DNA of 64,000 nucleotides from Escherichia phage RB16: sequence record NC_014467.1; one strand, 5' to 3'. Shown piece by piece: positions 56,929 to 64,000 of this stretch (position 1 is its first letter; each line of letters starts with the position of its first letter). The notes under the pieces were generated by a model. It saw only the letters and a program-made list of their open reading frames with translations, ran no database searches and was not told where the DNA came from. The position numbers and the translations under genes were made by a program.

Positions 56929-57292
56929 ACCAAGTAAGACTGTGCGCCTTATCCGTTGGGAAGGCAACGAACTCCGTTATGAAGACGGCGACCGCGAATT
57001 CGTCCATGAAATGCTTGCGCATAATCTGGGATTCAAAAACGCCGCACTGGTGATGATGCAACAAACCAGCGATGAAGACACCTGGCAATGCGTCATTCTC
57101 GATCTGGACAAAAACAAGGAATACACCGAAGATGAACTGTTTGCGCTCACAGAGAACGCTACAGCGCGTCAGAAGTGCTTCATGATCGATATGCCTCGCG
57201 AGAACTACGAGAATATCAAGAAAGCCCGTAAACAGAACAAGAACAACGTGTTCGACCTGTTCATGGGCTATCATGAAGAAACTACGGCCTAA
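56918..57292 (+). CDS. hypothetical protein
   Basis: 124 aa ORF. Confidence 0.4.
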   Translation: MKNEPSKTVRLIRWEGNELRYEDGDREFVHEMLAHNLGFKNAALVMMQQTSDEDTWQCVILDLDKNKEYTEDELFALTENATARQKCFMIDMPRENYENIKKARKQNKNNVFDLFMGYHEETTA

Positions 57293-58392
57293 GCCTCACT
57301 TGTTTTGCTGGTGTCGTTAGTAGCCGCTGCCACCTGTACACATTCCAATGTTTGCAGGTGGAAATCTTTTGATACGTCGCGGACACATTCAACGATCAGA
57401 TACTTCCCTGAATATTCATCCCCTAACACCTCAATCAATGCCCCCACTTTAACATCCATTCGACCCTGATTGATATCAAACTTAATCCTTTTCTCATAGC
57501 TGGATAACAGTTGACACTTCACTGCCTGGAACGGTTGCCCCTGTTTGTCTGGGTTCTGGAAGTTGTTCTCATATACCGCGTTCCGGTTCATGGTGATCCA
57601 TGCGTTTTCAATATCGGTACTCGCCAGGATATCACTATACAGCTTTTTATCCGTCATTGAGAAACTAAAGAAACTTGCATCCACTAACAGGGTAGTGTTA
57701 TCCTTATGCGTAATGTATTCCGCTTTAGTGAATACCAAAGTGTCACCTAAAAACGGGTTACTAACGTTGAACTTGTAAGCCTTTATCGGGGTTTGTGCGA
57801 GGATCTCCGTATTGCTTTTCATAAAGATACCGGAACCATCTTCCCACAGATAACAGAAGTCAGACGAGTCTACGCTCTGCCCGTTGTCACGGATGTAATC
57901 AAACACGGTTTCATACGTCCCGCTTAGGCAAGCCGGAGGAATACGCACGTTTGATGCGTCGATCGGCGGCGTGATTAACTTCATATCATTATACAGTGCC
58001 GTCATACACTCTGTAATCGTCTGCACGGCGTTGTTACTGAACGAACGGGAAAACTTACGACGAAACACCGTATGCACCGGAGAAAGGTTTAGGCGCAGTA
58101 TAGAACGGTTCATATCATCGGTTTCGACGTTTGAGTACAGAACACCGTAGTAATGTTGTTCTAACGTCTGATTATACTGGAAGGATACCTGAATAATCGG
58201 TTTCTCTGTCAACTGATAGATTAACTGGTTATCATAGATCTGCATCAATGTTTCAGAAGTACCGTTAATGATGGTTTTCTCACTCATTGAGACAAGGGCA
58301 GGTAACAATTCAAGATAGACGTTATCAGCGAACTTTTCATATGTTGGATATAATTTAACCGACACGACGCGGTTTATAACTTTACTGGACAT
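57289..58392 (-). CDS. 27: baseplate hub subunit (gp27-like)
   Basis: 367 aa (T4 gp27 is 391 aa); N-terminal SVKLY..Y and IIQVS-like segments resemble remembered gp27; divergent from gp28-29-48-54; RBS GGAGG. Confidence 0.5.
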   Translation of the reverse strand: MSSKVINRVVSVKLYPTYEKFADNVYLELLPALVSMSEKTIINGTSETLMQIYDNQLIYQLTEKPIIQVSFQYNQTLEQHYYGVLYSNVETDDMNRSILRLNLSPVHTVFRRKFSRSFSNNAVQTITECMTALYNDMKLITPPIDASNVRIPPACLSGTYETVFDYIRDNGQSVDSSDFCYLWEDGSGIFMKSNTEILAQTPIKAYKFNVSNPFLGDTLVFTKAEYITHKDNTTLLVDASFFSFSMTDKKLYSDILASTDIENAWITMNRNAVYENNFQNPDKQGQPFQAVKCQLLSSYEKRIKFDINQGRMDVKVGALIEVLGDEYSGKYLIVECVRDVSKDFHLQTLECVQVAAATNDTSKTSEA

Positions 58393-58454
58393 TAGACATC
58401 CTCCCTTTATATTCTATTTACTAAATAGTAAATATCGGGATACTTGAGGCGATC

Positions 58455-59033
58455 ATGAAAGAGAAGAAAAACACACTTGATAAATTTATGGTTACGCGTT
58501 TAAACATCAAGAACAGCAAAAATAAAGTAGTCACGTTGCCTACTGGTGAACAGGTTACGATCCCCCGTCTGGGCTATCGTCATTTCACCCAGATTAAAGC
58601 AATGAAAGACCCAATGCAGTTGCTTGAGTATATCATCAAAGAGATTCAACCGCGCGAATTAACCGCAGCAGAAACCGAATTCCTTTTGATTCACCTGCAT
58701 TATCATAATGACGATAAAGCAATGGCGATATTGAAAGAGATCGGCATTAATCTGGATGATATGAAAATCAGCGAAGCTAAGTATGAACATACTTTTGATA
58801 ACCTTCGATTGGTATTCAACAAACCGACCCTAATGCTGGATGATCTGGCATTACTGCTTAAAGAAGCGTATGACAACGGAAAGCCGATCGAACTGACGGA
58901 CGAAACCCGTATTCAATTAATTAACTGCCTGTATCGTTATGAATATGACGATGTAAAACGTGGTGTACTCCAGGAAGTTTATATTGTGCATGAGGGGAAA
59001 ACCATCAAAGGGCTTAACATCATCGGTGAATGA
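58455..59033 (+). CDS. 28: baseplate hub distal subunit (gp28-like, by position)
   Basis: 192 aa (T4 gp28 is 177 aa) immediately upstream of and coupled to gp29; sequence identity not verified. Confidence 0.45.
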   Translation: MKEKKNTLDKFMVTRLNIKNSKNKVVTLPTGEQVTIPRLGYRHFTQIKAMKDPMQLLEYIIKEIQPRELTAAETEFLLIHLHYHNDDKAMAILKEIGINLDDMKISEAKYEHTFDNLRLVFNKPTLMLDDLALLLKEAYDNGKPIELTDETRIQLINCLYRYEYDDVKRGVLQEVYIVHEGKTIKGLNIIGE

Positions 59034-60781
59034 TAATGGCTAACAATCCATATTACAGCGACGAACAACGCCGCAGGATGCAAAATCCAAAACCACAGCC
59101 ACAACCCACCGTTCGTAAGATTAACGCAACGTTGGATAAGGCTTCGATGCAGGAATTGAAGGACATCAACGACAACACTCTCGAAACCGCGTTGAATACG
59201 CTGGATATCAAAGACAGTGTGAAGTCCTTCGAAGACCGTTTTAAAGAGAAATTTGCAGGGTTCCAGGAACAGTACGAACAGGATCAACAACCGTTAGCCG
59301 ACCAGTTACCGGATTTTGTTGGTCCTTCTCGTCCTTCTGTTCTGACTGATAACAGCACGAATAGTGTTGATAATTCTGTTAGCGTATCAAATCAGAACAA
59401 TCCGTTTAGTAAGCTGGAAGCACACACCAGCACTATCGCAGACGCTATCACGAAGTTTATTGAACTGGCAAGCAAAAAGCCCGAACCAGCGCCGGAACCT
59501 GAACCCGTACCGGAAGAAGAACCAGAAGTTGATAAGAAGAAAAAGAAAATACGCGATAAAGACAAAGACGAAAAGAAATTCAGTAAGAAAGTTCTGTTTC
59601 TTCTGGATGCGATCAAAAGCAATACGTCATCTCTGTTGTCTCGTTTCATTGGTTATTCTCTGGAAACGATAGCGAAGTTTGCAAAGTGGACGTTGATTAT
59701 CGGCAGTATCGTATTCGCGATCGAGGTGTTGGGTAAAGTTATTGCCTCGTGGTTTAATGATTTACTTAATGATGGGGAAGCATCCAAACAACTTTTTGGA
59801 TCATATTTCAACAATATAAAGGCGTTGGCAAAAAGTATAGATGAAGGATTAGATAAATTAGGTGATAAAGATGCAACATTAGCAGAAAAATTAAAAGCTC
59901 TGTTAGTAGAACCATTTAAGATTCTGGGTAATACCATTAAAACCGCAATCACGGAAGGTATCGGTAATCTGATTTACGCTCTGGGTGAATATACCGGATC
60001 TGAAACGATTACCAACGCCGGACGCGGAATGAAAGTATCAGCACTGCGCGACAAACAAAAATACGGACTTGAAATTGATCCAGATGACCTGATTATGCTG
60101 AAAGAGCAAGAGATTCAGGATCAGAAAGATAAAATCACACAGGCCCGTGAAAAGGTTGTTGAGCAAGTCAAAGCAACACAAGGCATGTTTAGTTATGGTT
60201 TCGGGCAACAGACAGAAGCACAACAGGTTCAGTCTAAGCACCTTGAAGAACTCCGTAACCAGGTTGATCTTGAAGAACAGATCACGAAGGAGAAAGAGAA
60301 AGAACTCCAGATGCTGAAAGATAACCCTAACCTGCTTAAAGAGCAAGTGTTGAAGGAAAACACCGCGAACGCTAAACGTGTTGATGATGCTAAACAGGTG
60401 GAAGCAGCGCAAAAGGCTACCAAACCAAAAGCAGAAAATGAATTCGATCGGGGTGATGCTATTCTGGATAAAGACGAGATCACTGGCAAAGACAAAGAGT
60501 TAATGGAAAAGATCCTTGAATCTCTGGAAGAGAAGAACAATTCCAAAAAGCTCGATGAAGATGACAGCGAACGATATCGTTCTATGCTCGACCAATGGCA
60601 GAACAAAATTGCTGTTGTGCCGGAAAGCAGCGCATCAATCGACAAACAACCGGAACCTGTACGCGCACCTGTTGAAGCAACCGCATCAAACAATGTTCAG
60701 GTAAACAACAAAACAGTAAATAACACGGTTCAACATTCTGTTCAACGAACCGAACGTAAACCGTTGATTGCATTAGCATAA
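59030..60781 (+). CDS. 29: baseplate hub / tail-tube length tape-measure protein (gp29)
   Basis: 583 aa (T4 gp29 is 590 aa); low-complexity charged coiled-coil-rich sequence with central hydrophobic segment; directly upstream of gp48/gp54. Confidence 0.7.
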   Translation: MIMANNPYYSDEQRRRMQNPKPQPQPTVRKINATLDKASMQELKDINDNTLETALNTLDIKDSVKSFEDRFKEKFAGFQEQYEQDQQPLADQLPDFVGPSRPSVLTDNSTNSVDNSVSVSNQNNPFSKLEAHTSTIADAITKFIELASKKPEPAPEPEPVPEEEPEVDKKKKKIRDKDKDEKKFSKKVLFLLDAIKSNTSSLLSRFIGYSLETIAKFAKWTLIIGSIVFAIEVLGKVIASWFNDLLNDGEASKQLFGSYFNNIKALAKSIDEGLDKLGDKDATLAEKLKALLVEPFKILGNTIKTAITEGIGNLIYALGEYTGSETITNAGRGMKVSALRDKQKYGLEIDPDDLIMLKEQEIQDQKDKITQAREKVVEQVKATQGMFSYGFGQQTEAQQVQSKHLEELRNQVDLEEQITKEKEKELQMLKDNPNLLKEQVLKENTANAKRVDDAKQVEAAQKATKPKAENEFDRGDAILDKDEITGKDKELMEKILESLEEKNNSKKLDEDDSERYRSMLDQWQNKIAVVPESSASIDKQPEPVRAPVEATASNNVQVNNKTVNNTVQHSVQRTERKPLIALA

Positions 60782-60792
60782 GGGAAATTTAC

Positions 60793-61887
60793 ATGAAAAT
60801 CAAAGTTTTACAAGATACTGTGCAATCATTTGCAGAAATCAAAAATGCTGGCATCCCCTCTGGGGGTGCTACAACAACTAAAAACGCGTTGACACAACCA
60901 ATAGTAACAGCGGAATTTCCTTCCCAACGTGCAGCAGGTATTGATAACGCTTATAACGCATCAAGCCTGTATAATAACGGCTTGCTGTTCACTGCATATG
61001 AATTCACTGGTGGATTTGCACCAGGCAGTAAAGATAACTACCGTTCACTACGTCAAGCAGCACAGAACGCACAACAGATCCTGAGCGCGAATACAGGCAA
61101 CGTTCGATATAAACAAGTTTTGAATACCCGTACTATGGGTACGCTCAACCCCATTTGTCAAATACTTTTACCGCGAAGCCTGAACGATAACGAGGTTAAC
61201 AGCCACCGTTACCAGGATGCAACCGATAGTATCGTTGCTAAAGGACCGTCAAGAGTTGTGTCTAACGTTATCTGGGGCGTTATTGAGTCTGCTAGTGGTG
61301 GTATTTTGGCAGACCGTAGAGAAGCAGTTGATGTTGGTACGAAAGCAGCGTTTCAAGGTTCTGATAAGCGCACAAAGATGTATTACAATACATTCGTTAT
61401 CGAAAGTCGTTATGACCTGCTGGAACTTATTAAAATCTATTATCTGTTCACGGTGCTGGGATATGGTACGACATCAGGAGGAACTGCCGCTGAAATAGCA
61501 GAATTAGCTAAACAAACAATTAATAAATCATCAACAACAGGGGCAAAACTTATTAATAATGCAGTTGCGGGAAATGGCCCTACACCTACTGTATCTAATG
61601 GTTCGATTATAAGTGATCAGATGGTTGATTTTGTAATTAACATTGAAGTTATTAAATCACCTCCTGTATGGTTTATACGTGATTTCCAGACGGGCGACAG
61701 TTTACGGTTCCCGCATTCGACTTTCGGGCCAGCAGGTATTACTAGCGTTCGTTTTGGGCGTACTATGGATAATATCGTAAATACATTAAGAGAGTCACCC
61801 AATACACCAATATCCGTTGAAATCGAAATTCAGTTTATGGAATTGATCGACATGCGTCAAGATTCTATTTTCGATGTTCAATACTAG
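60793..61887 (+). CDS. 48: baseplate tail-tube cap (gp48)
   Basis: 364 aa (same as T4 gp48); motifs NNGLLFTAYEF and ILLPRS...SHRY match remembered gp48. Confidence 0.8.
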   Translation: MKIKVLQDTVQSFAEIKNAGIPSGGATTTKNALTQPIVTAEFPSQRAAGIDNAYNASSLYNNGLLFTAYEFTGGFAPGSKDNYRSLRQAAQNAQQILSANTGNVRYKQVLNTRTMGTLNPICQILLPRSLNDNEVNSHRYQDATDSIVAKGPSRVVSNVIWGVIESASGGILADRREAVDVGTKAAFQGSDKRTKMYYNTFVIESRYDLLELIKIYYLFTVLGYGTTSGGTAAEIAELAKQTINKSSTTGAKLINNAVAGNGPTPTVSNGSIISDQMVDFVINIEVIKSPPVWFIRDFQTGDSLRFPHSTFGPAGITSVRFGRTMDNIVNTLRESPNTPISVEIEIQFMELIDMRQDSIFDVQY

Positions 61888-61895
61888 GGGGAATA

Positions 61896-62759
61896 ATGTT
61901 TTATAGCGTAGATGAATTCTTATCTGGAATGGCTAACAATGATTTTCAACGCAGCAACTTGTTTAGCGTTGTGTTTGCCACGAGTCCAGCATCACGCATT
62001 CTTGATAGCACGATCGGGAGTATTCGAGATACGTTAATTGATGGTACAATGAGTTCCATTAACGCGAACAACCCGAACGAGTTCATGAACGCTATCACGG
62101 GGGGTGTACGCAAATTATTCAGCTATACAGTTGATAAAGCGATTATGTCCCTCAACAAAACAGGATTCAGTAAAATTATGGGGGCGTTAAGCCCTCGCCT
62201 TGTTACTTCCCTGTTTGGTGATAGCGTTTACGGACAACTGTTGACAGAATTCCGTGATAAAATGATGTACAATATGGGGTTGAGTATCGTCGGTGTTCAG
62301 TTGCCCGGTAAAACACTGGGATATGAATATGTTTATAACGGCGGTGTACCCCAGATCCGATTTACCCGACCGGAGAATGGAGAGCTATCTCTTACATTCC
62401 GTGTTGATTCAGAAGCACGTAACCTGAAAGTGTTTAACGAATGGATATCCGCTATTCGTGATGACATTACAGGGCAGTTTGCTTTCATTGATGAAGTATC
62501 CAGCGCGATCCAGGTTAACTTACATAACCGTGATGGTGTTCCGCATAGCACATACATATTCCAGAAGTGTTTACCTGTTAAGGTCAGCAGCCCTGAATTA
62601 AGCTATGAAACAAACAACGAAATCTGGACATTTACGGTTGACTTCGCATATAAAACTGCGTGGATCGTAGAAGCAGACAAAGAAGGTTGGGACGGATTCA
62701 AACAATCAATGATTGAAGGTGCAGCGGTTGCCCTTCGTGGTGTGGTATCAGGACAATAA
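61896..62759 (+). CDS. 54: baseplate tail-tube initiator (gp54)
   Basis: 287 aa; motifs NDFQRSNLFSVVFATSP, IQVNLHNRDGVPHS, SPELSYETNNEIWTFTVDFAYK match remembered T4 gp54. Confidence 0.8.
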   Translation: MFYSVDEFLSGMANNDFQRSNLFSVVFATSPASRILDSTIGSIRDTLIDGTMSSINANNPNEFMNAITGGVRKLFSYTVDKAIMSLNKTGFSKIMGALSPRLVTSLFGDSVYGQLLTEFRDKMMYNMGLSIVGVQLPGKTLGYEYVYNGGVPQIRFTRPENGELSLTFRVDSEARNLKVFNEWISAIRDDITGQFAFIDEVSSAIQVNLHNRDGVPHSTYIFQKCLPVKVSSPELSYETNNEIWTFTVDFAYKTAWIVEADKEGWDGFKQSMIEGAAVALRGVVSGQ

Positions 62760-62786
62760 GGGGCGTAAGCCCCTTTTGAGGTTAAT

Positions 62787-63530
62787 ATGATTGATGTAAT
62801 TCGCGTCAAACTCCCTTGTGGGGTAAAACGTTTTCCGATGTTCACTGTACGCGATCAGTTGAGTTTCTTGCTCACCAGCGCGGATATGGAAGGGAAAACA
62901 TTAACAGAACAGCAGCAGATCCTTGATGAAATTTTAGATATTCTTTATCCGGGTTATTCAAAAACCGAACAGGAAAATATATTCACTAAGGTTTATTGTG
63001 TATCGTTTGGTAAGAACGTCATTAAGATCCGAATCAAAAACAAAGACAGTTACACAGAAACATTCATGCAGGTCAAAGACTATGAATTGCAGAATGAATA
63101 TGCTCTTGATGATTCTCTGACCCTGGGGTTCCGGTTCCCAAAACACAGAAAGAGCAGTGAAGAATTGTTCCTTGAATGTATCCAGTATGTCAAGCAAAAT
63201 GATACCCGTTATGAATGGGAAGCACTCGACGAAGACACGAAGAATGCTATACTTGATTTGGTATCTATCACCGATATGGAAAACATTGTGAAGATGTTAC
63301 GTAAATCCTGTCATGTTGTCGTTCGCGACCTTGAATTCAGTGATTTGCTTACCCTTTACAAGATCCTGTTTAACAAATCAGAATTGAATGAGTTCTTCAA
63401 GACAAACTATTTGTTAAATAAGAATGAAGTACATATTGAACCTATCATGAATGCAAGCCCGATGGAACGGTCAATTTACGTTGCAATACTGGCAGAAGAT
63501 TTAAAACAGAGACAAAATACAAATGCGTAA
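62787..63530 (+). CDS. hypothetical protein (late-gene region)
   Basis: 247 aa; RBS GAGG; preceded by hairpin AAGGGGC-GTAA-GCCCCTT. Confidence 0.45.
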   Translation: MIDVIRVKLPCGVKRFPMFTVRDQLSFLLTSADMEGKTLTEQQQILDEILDILYPGYSKTEQENIFTKVYCVSFGKNVIKIRIKNKDSYTETFMQVKDYELQNEYALDDSLTLGFRFPKHRKSSEELFLECIQYVKQNDTRYEWEALDEDTKNAILDLVSITDMENIVKMLRKSCHVVVRDLEFSDLLTLYKILFNKSELNEFFKTNYLLNKNEVHIEPIMNASPMERSIYVAILAEDLKQRQNTNA

Positions 63531-64000
63531 ACATACTCCAAAGCATATCCAAAAATATAATGTGACTTATCGCCCGTTGACTATTGGTGATGTGAATGAC
63601 ACGGATAACTTCATTTTAGAAGGGAAGGTGTTTAAGCATCAACGCGATTATGTGTATCTTATGGCCTTGTTTGATTCAATCAATACAGATACTGTCGACC
63701 TACAAATCAAGTGTCCTGATTGCGGTGAACTGATTAAGTTCACGTTAAACCGTCATCATATCATGATTGACGAGTTCGAAGAAAAACTCTTCGGTAATGA
63801 AATTAAAATTGCGGTCAGCCCGTATGTTACCGGAAAAGAAGAATTACCGGATCTGATTAAGTTTGTTGTCATCGACGGCGAACAAATCTTATGGGAAGAC
63901 TGCAAAGAGTCAGAAAAGGAAGCGGTGTTAGATAGCATCGACTATCCGGTCTTTAAATCGATAAATACCGCGCTGGAAGCCCCAGCAATGGTCGCAAACA
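63523..64000 (+). CDS. hypothetical protein with CPDCG zinc-ribbon-like motif (3' partial, runs off window)
   Basis: Open frame from ATG 63523 to window end (over 159 codons, no stop); overlaps upstream stop by 8 nt. Confidence 0.4.
   Translation, partial: MRKHTPKHIQKYNVTYRPLTIGDVNDTDNFILEGKVFKHQRDYVYLMALFDSINTDTVDLQIKCPDCGELIKFTLNRHHIMIDEFEEKLFGNEIKIAVSPYVTGKEELPDLIKFVVIDGEQILWEDCKESEKEAVLDSIDYPVFKSINTALEAPAMVAN

Overview
This window is a T4-like (Tevenvirinae-type) myovirus genome segment, read from protein motifs and T4 synteny without any database search. Positions 1-31084 are almost entirely minus-strand early/replication genes: rIIB, rIIA, topoisomerase II subunits gp52 and gp39(+60 fused), DexA, Dda, a gp56-like dCTPase, primase gp61, helicase gp41, UvsX, DNA polymerase gp43, RegA, clamp loader gp62/gp44, clamp gp45, gp32, gp59, gp33, DsbA and RNase H. 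After a divergent AT-rich intergenic region (31085-31406) the genes run on the plus strand: gp55, gp47, gp46, a J-domain protein, frd, td, nrdA, nrdB, denA, RNA ligase 1, a spanin pair, pseT, cd, gp31, an rIII-like gene, two tRNAs, an accessory block (GrcA-like glycyl-radical cofactor, NADAR-domain protein, HAD nucleotidase), DNA ligase gp30, and the baseplate hub/tail-tube genes gp27 (minus strand), gp28, gp29, gp48 and gp54. Four paralogous free-standing HNH-AP2 homing endonuclease genes and one LAGLIDADG-like gene sit at junctions between conserved genes. The most distinctive non-coding signal is a recurring promoter-in-stem-loop cassette (PeSL-like; -35 TTGCA inside a GC-rich hairpin, TTTTGT, -10 TATATT), including a near-identical ~95 bp copy pair on opposite strands. 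The most interesting coding candidates are the 566-aa J-domain protein, the NADAR-domain protein, an NPPF-motif methyltransferase and several blocks of small unknown ORFs. No CRISPR array, rRNA, integrase or transposase was seen. Product names rest on remembered motifs and T4 gene order and should be confirmed by homology search.
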